Shown here in pieces: positions 1 through 11,899 of a stretch of 64,000 bases of DNA. Position numbers and translations under genes: made by a program. A model generated the notes under the pieces. The model was not told the DNA's origin and searched no databases. It worked only from the letters and a program-made list of their open reading frames with translations. Numbering within the stretch: position 1 is the first letter of the stretch; every line of letters starts with the position of its first letter. Origin of the DNA: Dicyema japonicum (lineage: Eukaryota > Animalia > Dicyemida); contig RDEW01000032.1 of NCBI GenBank assembly GCA_011109175.1, forward strand, positions 92,404-156,403. The letters are read 5' to 3'.

Positions 1-460
1 CGTGTTCTAATCTTCCATTAGGATCTTGTAAGGATAAAGGTTTTTCTTAGGTATTTTATTTCTTTTCTCACAAGAGTGAGTAGACCCGATCCTTGGCAAG
101 ATGTACGGTCGGATCTAATTTTGTTGTATCTATTAAATAGATAACTAGGAGTGTTATTTGAAAGCTTCGTTTTCTGGAGAAAGCAAATATCTACTCTGTT
201 TTTTCTCAAAAAAATAAGCAAAGTTCGGAAATTTGTCCTCTGACTTCGTTTATGTCTACGCTCTGGATTGTTAACATCTTTGGACCTGGATTTTGTTACA
301 GGCTCCTGAGGTCAACAGTTTCAATCGATAGAATGTTCCAACATTGAGAGAGTGCCGTCCAATGGAAGTCCTTTGTTTGGTAGCAAGCAAATGATTCTTT
401 TTAGATATAGTTTAGGACTTAATCCAACGGCACCAGAAACGGTGAACAACATGACGCACG
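1..460 (-). mobile_element. Degraded LINE 5' ORF2 fragment (AP-endonuclease/EEP domain)
   Basis: ORF 18-221 'IFLRKNRVDICFLQKTKL...YNKIRSDR...G.GLLTLVRK.IKY' is the EEP N-terminus (D-I-x-x-L-Q-E-T motif); near-identical to the copy at 16975-17410. Confidence 0.75.
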
Positions 461-1168
461 CTAAATTAATTAACTTTTTTTATTATGACATCCGCTTATA
501 ATTATAATTATTTTGTCAAGATAGACAATTTTATTAATAATATAATTTCAATAAAATTGGTTTATTATTAAGAAGATAAACTCCTCGAAAATATAATCTA
601 ACTTTTAGACAACATTTGTTAAGATTTACTACTCAACTTATATAAATTTTTATATAAAACTTTAAATACTTGTGTAGTAATATCATATATTCGCAATAAT
701 TCGTCTCCTATAAGTTCCATTAGGACAGTCCATGCAAATGAAAGAGTATCAATGATTAAAACGTGGTTATGGCAAACACGTCGTTATAAGATAAAAATTT
801 TATGATTTCGCCTGTTTTCAAGAGATACCGAAAATGTTAAGTAGCTAATTTGTTAGGTATTCCAATGGGCCTGGGTTAGGTGACTCCAATTATTCTTAGT
901 TAATACATCTTAATTCTAACATGAGAACGTCATGAGAGAGTCGAATGTGATCCAAGGATCTTCTGGTTTCGCGTATATGGAATCGGGATATTTCAGAATA
1001 ATACTTGGAATTTACCTTTAAATCTCCTTTCCGTAGTAAACATGGTGAACTGGTAATTATGCAGACATAGACAGATAGTGCATGTTATGGTAAAATATAA
1101 ATAAATATATCTTATGTTTTTTTCTACATTAAGGTTGTCGATCCTTTTCACACGTTGAATTAGATGAT
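1..1168. repeat. ~1.17-kb dispersed duplication, copy 1 (partner 16959-18135)
   Basis: Colinear match from 'gtgttcta.tctt..attaggatcttgtaa' to 'cacacgttgaattagat'; the AT-rich middle is nearly identical between copies. Confidence 0.9.
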
Positions 1169-1489
1169 CGACTATAAAACTGAATTTTTTTTGATATCTG
1201 TTTTGGCATATAAAGAATATTTCCCTACAAGACTTCCACAATTTTTTTCTTAAAGAGTCTTTTTTGAAAATTTATTTACTTTATGTTTTATCGTTCTCCA
1301 TGATTTTTGTAACTTAATGACCAAGTTAGTTTACTTAACTCAAATTGAAGATCGGTAAATAATAGATTTTCTTAGATAGGTGGGAATATTATTGAAATAT
1401 CGACGTTACCTTTAACAGCTGAAATCAATATCATTCATTCTCAAAAAAAAAATAATCAATTTTTTCAAAGCAAACATTAAGTAAATATT

Positions 1490-1980
1490 GATAATTATCT
1501 TTTTAAGGCGATTAGAATGCACTTTCTCACAATACCCTCACAATCTTCAACATTGACATAATTGTGGGTCAATTTTCCAAAAATAGTGACAGCAGCTCCG
1601 TAGGGATAATCAAACCATTGCAGACGTAGTGAAGGATTTGTCCCATAGACTTTCTGAATACGAACCTTTTAAGTAATTATAAATTGAATACACTATCTCC
1701 ACTGTTGAATTCATATTTCGATCGATTCACTCTATCTTTTTATTCATCCTTTTATAATAAAGAGAATTCTAGTCTACCTGAAGAAAATCCAATTTTTAAT
1801 CACCTTTTGTAAAATTATAGACAAAAAACCTTTACTATATGTCTCGGGGCTGTCTTTACCGTCTGGCTCTGTTAGTTCAGCAATATTATCCACACTTTAA
1901 AGTTTTTCTTCACCGTCTGTCTCCGTTACAGTATTTTTCACAATGGTGTTGTAGCCCGGAATCCCTCGAAATCTCTGAAA
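1490..1980 (-). pseudogene. Unidentified exon-like coding remnant
   Basis: Open frame VRIQKVYGTNPSLRLQWFDYPYGAAVTIFGKLTHNYVNVEDCEGIVRKCILIALKR* preceded by GT..AG micro-intron-like segments; upstream frames carry in-frame TAA; family not recognised. Confidence 0.3.
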
Positions 1981-2730
1981 AGGACTAACACCTACAAATA
2001 AATAAAAGCACAAATCTACCTGTGGATGAGTAAGGCGTTTGATTGTATAAAAACAAAGCTTTTCGAATGTGATTTATCCACTTTGTCATCCGAAACCTGT
2101 GCTTATCCGAATGTGATTTATCCACTCTTGTCATAGTTAGTTAACTTGGTTAGATAGGTATAAAATGAATGCTTGACGCGGAAGCAGTGATAAGAGAAGA
2201 ATGCCTAATTATTCATTTGCTCACGGATAACGCGGGAGTGCAATCAACTAATTCTCTAAATTATTAAAAATAAGACAATAATGAAACCAAACAGTTAACA
2301 ACGAATTCTTCCTAACAATCTGTAAGGAATCAACTCAATGAGTCCGCTACTTTCTCTTTTTTTTTTTTCATTTTTGGGATAAGTGATCCTATTCGGTTCA
2401 GCAGGTTCAGTGTTCTGCTTCCTATGAGTCCTGTTGTTTACAAACCGAATGCTTAAAAATGAAATTACACCGAGACTACTGAGGTATTCTTAGAAGAAAT
2501 TAGTAAACCTTGAATCGACTGTAAATAAAAATTAAGAGATTTCTTAGTAAAATAAAACAACTTGGTCTCTCACAATAAGATGCAACAAGTAACTTTATTT
2601 CAAATGAGGTCAACTAAGTATGTCAGTAAAGCACATAAAGAATTGTCAACTTAGATTCTCAGATTAGGCTTTTAAAATAAAAAATATCTATCAAGAGTAA
2701 AATATGTCAAAAATATCAATTTTAACAAAT

Positions 2731-4352
2731 TCAGGTTTCTTCGAATAAGTGGGCAAAAATGTTGAATTCCTTGCGTTTTCGATTAGTATTCTCTTTCTTT
2801 TCAACATTTTCAGATTTTGCGGGCATCAAATGAGCAAAGATTATATGCTCTCTGAACATTTTCGCCTCACTTGCTGCTTGACTAGAAATACAAACTACGA
2901 CGAACTCTGGGTAAGGATTTGGCACGTTGAACCGCTCGCAGAACACATTATCAGGCACCCACCTAATAACCGTCCGTTGAGCGTCCTTCCACCGATTTGA
3001 AGCGATTTCTGAAATGAATAGATTAACGTACTTTCATCAGAGTTATCTTCTTTAGACTCGGCCTCGATTATATCAGTGAGAAGCTTACTCGCCCCAAATT
3101 TAATGGACCTACCATCAGTAATCTCAGTCAGTTTCTCTCCTGGAAGTTAATATTAAAAGAAAAACCAAATATATTGGCTCTGCAGACAGGGTTTTGTGAA
3201 AACCGAGATTTTTTGGTTTCAGATTTACTTTTTTCCGACTCAAAACGACTCGCTCTTGAAGGTCGGTAGATTTTGGTTGCCAAAACAAAAGGTTGATATA
3301 TTCTTATGCTTACCAGATGGACAGCTTCCTCAAATCCCTCTATATCTCCTTCAAATTTCTTAAAATCTTGGAATAATCACAAAATTAACTTAATGGGGCG
3401 TTCTAGCCATCCAATTTGTCTTTTTCCTAGTCTTCCTCATCTCTGACATCAAAATTGTAGTTATTCATGTCAATCGAAGAAGAAATGTTATTTTCGTCAC
3501 GTTCGAATGCTCCCACTCCAAAAGCCTACAATAACGTGTCCACGAATAATGAAAGCTGGCCCTTTGAAGACAAATGTTTCTCACGATCGAGGCCTAGACG
3601 GAATTGGGCAGTTGTAACGTCAGGATCCTTACTTTTTCTGCCAGAAATTGAAATTCCGCTATATCCGAGGCCAAACAGATTGTCCTTTATTTCAAAATCG
3701 ATGACTGGCACATCAGGGGGGTCAAAATCGCTAAATGATGGAAGAGGATCAGGTCGAGGACAGCAGCCATATATCCCCAAAGAAGATTGATTTTTATTGG
3801 CGTCAGATTCATATTTTGAACTTTTTTGACCACCAAAGTTAATTTCACGTTTAATTTTGGCTCCAACTCCCTTGCCTTCTCTCCAACCGAGGGATTTTAG
3901 CAATTTTATACCCATAGCATCACTCCCATCAGCAGGACTAAGTAAAACAACAAAATATACCAAAGAGTAGTGAGTTGAGTCATCAGACAGTCGCCAGAAT
4001 TTTTCTTCGCAAATTTTGCCTGATTGTATTCTTTTTTGGTTTGAACTCTTCTTGGAGCTATCCCAAATTCTCCTAGATCCTCTTCATCTATAAACGCTTC
4101 TGGGGCATGCTCACGCAAATCAGCTTTCTTTGATCTCGAAGAAATAAAGGAAGACGAAGCCCAACCTTCCTTACACCCGACGGTGTTGAAGTATCCAGCA
4201 GAAAAACCGCCTGTGAATGCACCATGGAATCGTTGTCGTCCTTCTTTGTCTGTGACTTTTTGGTGGTAAACTGCTGTAGGGTTTAGTATAAGTTCCTCAT
4301 CTTCTTTTTCTGAAAGAGTAGTTCCGTAAACGATGTATCTGGTATCAGACAT
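2731..4352 (-). pseudogene. GPATCH1: G-patch domain-containing protein 1 homolog with two in-frame TAG codons (pseudogene or rescued gene)
   Basis: N-terminal motif RFHGAFTGGFSAGYFNTVG.KEGW, G-patch MGIKLLKSLGWREGKGVG, AFGVGAF, and C-terminal W.PD..FCERFNVPNPYP. Micro-introns (e.g. 3960-3938, 23 nt) join the exons. In-frame TAGs at 3427-3429 and 3403-3405. Alternative ATG at 4367. Confidence 0.85.
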
Positions 4353-4499
4353 AATTTTGTGACTCATGACACACAGTGAATAAATGAGGTTATTATTTAA
4401 ATTTTTTAATTTAAATCTTAACAAATAACTTAATTCATTTAATAGTTTGAAAGTATTTGTTTTATGTTGAATATTTAATTAATTACTGCTGTTTACCAA

Positions 4500-4640
4500 A
4501 TACGGGGGACGATCTGGACGAATTAAGATCACTCGCATTCGACAGAGGAAGATGGAATAGACTAACTAAGAACACTTAGCAGGAAAGTGATGGCTACTCG
4601 AGGCGGCAGAAATCACCTGACGGCTATGTAGTTATTTAAT
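4500..4640 (+). mobile_element. RTE-like LINE 3' end fragment
   Basis: Translates DDLDELRSLAFDRGRWNRLT, matching the C-terminus (DDLDNMRALARNRGAWKRMT) of the element at 61066-63255. Confidence 0.65.
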
Positions 4641-6041
4641 TTGTCGGTGATTTTTGGTTTATAATAATAATTGTTTATTTCGATTCTCGCGTCGTACCAA
4701 GCTGGTCTGTTTACTCGTTTAAAGTAAACTACCATGCTTGATCGCTAAACCCCAAAAGATTTAAACCACCAAATTTCGTTGTGAAATTTGATGATCTCTT
4801 AGAGAGACTTAGCTAGAATTTTCGTTTTCTAATGCTCATCAGTTTGCTATATGTTATCCAAGTTTTGTTCAACGATTTAATTTAATTCACTCTAATGAAA
4901 GACTATTAGTTAAAAGATCAAATAAAATCGTTAATCTATAAATTTAAGAACCATTCAGCCGCCGTCTTAACTCCTTGGCTATTTTTCTCACGACTGCGAG
5001 TGAGATTCGCGCAAAAAGCAAGCAGAATTAATTATATGTTAATAATATTTCTCATTTCGCAGTTGATCTTACATGATTCTGCTATGAAAAATTATCCTAG
5101 GATTTTAATATGTCGCGTGCGCGAAACGCAAATAATATTTAGATAAAACCTAAGTACAAAGAGAAAAGAAGCCCAATTTTAATAGCAAGTGCAATTCAGT
5201 AATTTGGAATCGATTCAATTCGTAGTTACATGAAAAGCTACGTATCAAATGTAAAATGAATCCAATTTTATTTGACGATTCTTTTAGAGCAAGCTTGATC
5301 GAGAAATTAGTCTTCTATTACTAGCAACAGTACAGTTTTTAAGTGGAATCTTCTATCAAAAAGACTTCAATTAACCAATTTTTTCAGTTTAAAAGAAGTG
5401 GTGGTTTCAGTAAAAATGAGTCCAATTTTTGACACAAGCCATCTGTATTGTTCTACGAATTAATTGAGACAGACTCATATTTAAAAATGTTTCATTATGA
5501 TTACATATTTTATTTTATCTGTTTATTTTATTTACCATTTACGATTCTTTATGATTAACTAGAATATGGTAGTTTTTGACTGAACGTAACGCCTGATGAA
5601 ATCAGATCTGACATTCGTGTGTTCCCATTCAAAAGATAGACTTTTCAAACGAAGATCAATTCTCGTAAAATAAATTCCACCCGTTAAGTTATAAGTATTT
5701 CTGATACGACACAGTTGTTGAATGTGGCCATTATGGTAACATAAAAATAATAGTTACAGATTAGATTGTTTTCTTATTTTATTAAGCACATTCAAAAAAG
5801 GGTTAATTCGTTTTAATCTTTACTAAGTTAGATTCAAAAAAAGGGTTAATTCGTTTTAATCTTTATTAAGCTTCATAGCAAAAGAGAAAATTATGGCTGA
5901 AATTAATTTTTTGGTAATTGAAGAGTTCTTAGTCAACTTAGATAGTCACCAATATAATTTATATTTGAATATGACATATATAATACCATTTTCAATATTT
6001 TTGTTAGCAACAATCAATATCAATTCTTCGCTAAAAAAACC

Positions 6042-9000
6042 NCACGCGGACTCGATTTATATTAAAAGTTACTAATATCATAAGTACGTAATTCAATTTC
6101 TCCAGAGACATTACTTTTTGAAGAAAATTCTATTTTTCCTTCTACTTTTTGTTCGATGATTTCATATTTTTTATTACTATCTAGAGGAATGCCATTTACT
6201 GGATCAAAGATAGCTTTTCTTGCTATAGACGCTGTTTCATTTGATAGATTATCTATTGATTCAAGTAATTCAAAAAAATCTTTAACATTTTGACCGTTCT
6301 AATATTATTATTTAAAATCAAAAACCTCATCGGTGTGATTACTTATCAATTTATCTTAGAATTAAAAAAATGACAAACCTGCTAATTTTTCTAATTTATA
6401 ATTAGGTTCGATTATTTTAACAAAGATTTTGAAGTTTGATGAATTTCCTCCATTTAGCAAGTTATTTAAATATTCATTTAGGAAATCATCTCTCGACTTT
6501 AATAAAATATAGGTAGAATTTTCATTTGGTCTTTCACTTTGTAAATATTCAATCATCATTTGAAAATTTATAAACATATTATTTTCATTGATACAATTAT
6601 TTGAGGCAAAATTCTCCACAAAACTTATTTTTTGTGAATCGTTATTAATATTATTAGTTATGATGTTTTGTAATTTGATCATCAATTCTTCTTTTAAGGA
6701 ACCGATCAAAAAGTTCCTAAAATAGACATCAGTAGAATTGAAGGATATTATTAATTCGCAAATAGATGTATGTGAACTTAATAAAAGTTTTGATTTTATA
6801 CCGTCAAAGAAAATATCTCTATCTTCATCATGATTCTATACATTATTAGAATTTTACTTTTTTGTTAAATAAGTATTTTAAATTTCGCAAATAATTTTGT
6901 TCCTCACTAAGTGAAATGATTAATTCTTTGAGACCTATGAATTATTTATATACATACAATAATTAAATTCTTTTATACCTGCACACCAGTTTAAAGTTTC
7001 ATCAATATTTGTATAATTATTTGAAATAGATGCTAATTTTTTAAATTTATACTCGAATTCATTAATTTTAATAAATAATTGAAAGTTTGATTCACTTCCC
7101 CCATTAATCAAAATATTAATATATTCATTAACAAAATAATTATTTGAAATAGATGCTAATTTTTTAAATTTATACTCGAATTCATTAATTTTAATAAATA
7201 ATTGAAAGTTTGATTCACTTCCCCCATTAATCAAAATATTAATATATTCATTAACAAAATCATCAAACGATTTAAATAAAACATCTGTAATATTTTCATT
7301 TGGTTCTTCGTTTCGTAAATGCTCAATTATCATATCAAAATTTATAAACTTATTATTTTCATTTACACAATTTGTATTATATTCTGAATTACCAACAAAA
7401 ATTATTTCTGCTGAATTTATATTTTTTAAATAATTTTCGAAAATAATTTGTAATCTGTTTTTTAATTCCATATTTATGGTATCGTATACAAACTGTTTAA
7501 ATTGGAAATCATTAAAATTAAAGGACATTATTTGGCAAATAGACATTAAGCTCAAAAAAGGTATTGATTTTACATTTTCAAAGATATTATCTCTATTAGC
7601 ATCATTATTCTAAAAATTATGAAAAATTTACTTTTTTGTCATATAAAAATTGTAAATTTTGCAAATAATTTTGTTCCTCACTAAATAAAATGATTAAGCA
7701 TCATTAACCTAAAAATTATGAAAAATTTACTTTTTTGTCATATAAAAATTGTAAATTTTGCAAATAATTTTGTTCCTCACTAAATAAAATGATTAATTCT
7801 TTAAGACCTATAAATTATTTATATACATACATTCATTTAACTTTTTAATACTTACACACCAGTCTAACCCTCCATCAATATCTGTATTATTATTTGAGAT
7901 AAATACTATTTTTTTTAAATTATATCGATAATCAATAACTTTAAGGAAAATATCATGATTTGATTCAGTTCCACCATTAATTATATTATTTAAATACTCG
8001 TCGACAAAATAATTAGTCCATTCAGAAGTTACTAATCTTCTTGATAAATGATAAAATATCATTTTAAAATTTATAAACCTATTATCTTCATCTATACAAT
8101 CAGGATCATAGAAAGAATTATCAACAAAAATTTCAGAATCTTTTCCATTTTCATAATATTTTTCTAATATATATTGCAATCTATTTCTTAATTCTTCTTT
8201 AATGGTATCTTTTAAAAATTTTTTAAAAAAATGATCAGTTATTCTGAAGGCCATTATTTGGCAAATAGACATTTTTAAACTCAAAAAAGGTATTGATTTT
8301 ACAATTTCAAAGAAATTATCTCTATTTGTAGAAGTTATCTAAAATTATTAAAATAAGACTTTGAGGATATATAAGTGATACATATTTGCAAAATAATGTT
8401 GTTCCTGACTAAGTAAAATAATTATTTGATTAAGACCTATGAATAAATTATATACATACAGTAATTAAATTCTCTTATGCCAAGACACCAGTTTAATGTC
8501 TCAATTTGTGTAATATCATTCGAGATAGATGCCATTTTTTTCAATTTATACTCGAAATTAGTAATTTTGACAAAGATTTGGAAGTTTGATTCATTTCCAC
8601 GAATAATTAAATTTTGTATATATTCATTAACAAAATCATATCTTGAATCCAGTAAAATTTCTCTCACATTTTCATTTGGTCTTTCGGATTTCCACGAATA
8701 ATTAAATTTTGTATATATTCATTAACAAAATCATATCTTGAATCCAGTAAAATTTCTCTCACATTTTCATTTGGTCTTTCGATAGTTAAGTGTTTTAGCA
8801 TAATTTCAAAATTTATAAACTTATTATCTTCATTTATACAATCAGGATCATTAGTATAATCATTAACATAAATTAATTTTGTAGAATATGAATTAAAATA
8901 AGTTATTATACTAAATTTAAAATCGTTTCTTAATTCTTCTTTTAGTGTCTCGATTACAACACTCTTCAATCCCATAGTAGTAAAATTGAAAGCAATTATT

Positions 9001-9941
9001 TGGCAAATAGATATCTCTAAACCCAAAAAAGTATTTGATCTTAAAGCGTCATAGAAAATATTTAAATTGGTACTACTTATCTAAAAATAAGGAAAATTTA
9101 ACATGTGTGAATAAGTTATTAATATTTGGCAAATAATTTGGTTCCTGACTAAGTAAAATAATTATCTGATTAAGACCTATAAATAATTTATGTACATACA
9201 GTAATTCAATTTTCTTATGCCAAGACACCAGTTTAGTGTCTCAATATGTGCAACATCATTCGAAGTAGATGCCATTTTTTTCAATTTATACTCGAATTCA
9301 GTAATTCTGACAAAAATTTGGAAGTTTGATTCATCTCCACTAATAATAATATTTTGTATATATTCATTAACAAAATCATATCTCGAATCCAGTAAAATAT
9401 CTGTCATATTTTCATTTGGTCTTTCAATAAGTAAATGCTCAATTATCTCTTGAAAATTTATAATCATATTATTTTCATCTATACAATTAGCATTATTAGC
9501 AATATTAAAATCAAATATTTTGGAATTATTTGGAGATTTAAAACAAATTATTATATAGAATTCTAATTTGTTTCTTAATTCTTCTTTTAGTGTCTCGAAA
9601 AAAAATTTCTTCAATTTTATAGTAGTAAAATTGAAGTTAAGTATTTGGCAAGTAGATATCTCTAAATCCAAAACAGTATATGATTTTATAGTGTCATAGA
9701 AAATATTTGTATTGGTACTACCCATCTAAAAATAAGAAAAATTTAACCTGTATGAATAAGTAATTAATATTTGGCAAATAATTTGGTTCCTGACTTAGTG
9801 AATAGATTAATTGTCTAAAACCTAAGAATAATTTATATATATACATTCATTAAAATTATTTCCTAAACAATTGTGCAATCTCTCATCAATTCTATCATGA
9901 TTTGAAACTTTTATAATATGCAAACAGCAGAAAAAAAGCAT
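6042..9941 (-). CDS. Adhesion-GPCR-family ectodomain gene A: signal peptide + 5 tandem ~195-aa repeats + start of GAIN region (3' part lost at N junction)
   Basis: ATG 9941 (MLFFCCLHIIKVS). Introns 9844-9822, 9747-9726, 9199-9177, 9102-9081, 8459-8437, 8359-8339, 7830-7808, 6957-6935 and 6857-6836 (21-23 nt, GT..AG) link the ORFs in frame. Post-repeat exons (SIARK.IFDPVNGIP.DS) match locus B. Duplications near 7610-7730 and 8593-8781 interrupt the frame as assembled. Confidence 0.8.
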
Positions 9942-9949
9942 TATCGTTA

Positions 9950-10300
9950 ATAATTAATGCGATTGCTTTTTATATAAATGTGAATTATATCGTGGAATTA
10001 TGTTAATTTTTTAGACATAATTTAGCTAGAATATACGAATTGATGATCTAAGAGATCATTACGAGAATTGCAATCCTTGCAATGGATTAACCATGGCGTT
10101 CTTTTTACTCTGAGACCTCATTTTGCTATTAATGAATGACAATCTTAATTGCTGTTATTCTAAATTATCCAATAATTTTTTTCTGAGAGAAAACGCATCT
10201 ATTAAGTTTAAACCTGTTAGATTAATGTATTGATGTGACATCAACCGAAAAAGATAGAAGAAATTATATATGTAGACTATGTTGACCTAATTTCCAAATA
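9950..10300. promoter_or_regulatory. Conserved upstream block shared by both repeat-aGPCR genes (partner 31445-31745)
   Basis: Shared strings such as 'tatatatgtagactatgttgacctaatttccaa' and 'gaatgacaatc.taattgctg.tattct' at equivalent distance 5' of both ATGs. Confidence 0.55.
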
Positions 10301-11049
10301 GAGCGTTTTTGCACTAAAAAGTAACCAGATAATTCATAAAGGTCCTTATAAGATGTTCGATCTGTTTTGGATGCTTCTATATTTAGTTATTTGAAAATAA
10401 ATGATTTTATGACAATTAATAAAAATCAAGAAGTAGGTTGACCCAATTCTTTAATCTGCAATTCAGCAATCATAAATTTCTTGATAAATACTTTTATACT
10501 GTTACTTCGGAAACCAAATTTTCTACCAGAAAATGTAAAATATAATCTAATTGTGTGTCTAAAACATAACAATTTAACCAACTGTTCATTTTTAGGTCAA
10601 CTTTATATAAATATAAGATAAACAATTTAATTGATTTAAAATAATTTTTTTTAGTTTTTTTTTGATTCCCCTAATGATGAAGTTTGTGTGTTCCAGATTC
10701 GTCGGAGGTCGCATGTATTTGTTTCACTTGCTACGATGGTTTAGACGTAAAATAAACTCACTTAACCTTAACTTTTTGTTTTGGATGATCTGGTAAGAGA
10801 CCGTTCGGTTAATATTGAGTAATCTGAATGCTGAGTTGGTGTCCCGGATGACACATTTTTAAATTCACGCTTCTCTATTAAGGTAAGTGATCTTTTTGGT
10901 AAAGAGTGATTTTGTGCAAGGGATGCATCTATTTGGAAATATTTTCAATAAAACAAGTACGAATTTGTTAGAGTATTTAATTTCGACATCAACCAAGTGG
11001 AGATTTTTGAATGCAAAGTCAGAAAAGAACTGTTAAATTTCTTGTTCTA

Positions 11050-11600
11050 AGTTTGACCTCAATCCGTGTTCTAATTGATGAATGTCTCTTTAGCGGATTA
11101 ACTTTGATTGAATCTTTTGACCTTCAGTAATATTTTGTTGTGCTCCAAATGTAGCTCATCACCACCATCCATAACGTCGGAAAAGCGATATTTGGGAGAA
11201 AATGAGATATCAAAAAGCTGTACGTTTCTGCTGGAGAGATTCATTTAGGACGACTAGACTTTCAATCTGATTTAAAATATACTCCCCGTTCATCTAGTTT
11301 CCCGTCGACAGACCATAATAGAATTATTACATTAAAATCCTCGCACACAATTAATTTCAAAGTCTCATTATCCAATAGAAATTAGGTTGATATCCTTTAG
11401 AGCAACTTGGGAGAGGAGGAATATATAGGTATATGATTGTGTGCCCCACGTAGTTGATTGTGTTCAGGTTCGAGATGAACTCCAAATAGAGATCAGATAG
11501 AAATGTTGCGCTTTGATTTAGTTGTGTTTTGAAAGGGATCTGTCATGTATTAGTATGATAACTATGGAGATTTTTGTAGACTTTATATATCCTGAATTGT
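11050..11600 (-). mobile_element. Degraded LINE endonuclease fragment
   Basis: Minus-strand IVCEDFNVIILLWSVDGKLDERG resembles the EEP 'GDFN...W.....RG' motif; multiple stops. Confidence 0.5.
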
Positions 11601-11899
11601 GTCCTAAAATATTGACTTTATTGACTTTAAAATACATTCTTTGAATCTGCTAACTGCGTCTTCTACGGTGAATTAAGTTTTTCCTGTCATCTTTATCAAT
11701 TAAAATATTATATTTTTAGTAAATCAAATAAAAAAGGACAAAACATCAGTTAGCATTAGTCTTTATCAATTACAAACCAATATTGGCATATTATAAACGA
11801 ATTGGGTTTAGTGTCAACGTTATGAATTCGGAACTGATCAATATTTCCTGCTCATTTCCAAACTTTTCCACTGCCTGCCAAGAATTCAGATCCCTACAT

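Noticed and set aside
2749-3790. Plus-strand ORFs 2749-3000 and 3467-3790, and similar antisense ORFs over dynein and the LINEs
   Set aside because: They are shadows of conserved minus-strand coding sequence with no recognisable motifs.
5140-5200. GPS-like 'CTCY*NWASFLFVL' as the continuation of aGPCR locus A
   Set aside because: It contains a stop, has wrong spacing and no HL(T/S), and I could not trace a spliced frame or 7TM from the N at 6042.
6362-9725. Tandem cluster of separate ~150-200-aa genes, as the ORF track suggests
   Set aside because: Each stop is the TAG of a conserved 23-nt GT..AG intron, the starts are internal TTG/ATG codons, and splicing keeps one frame and adds a signal peptide.
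6800-9830. CRISPR-like or regulatory repeat from the recurring 'caaataattt(t/g)gttcct(c/g)actaagt' motif
   Set aside because: It is the reverse complement of the conserved mini-exon (LS.E.NYL); the DNA is eukaryotic, spacing is 600-900 nt, and there are no cas genes.
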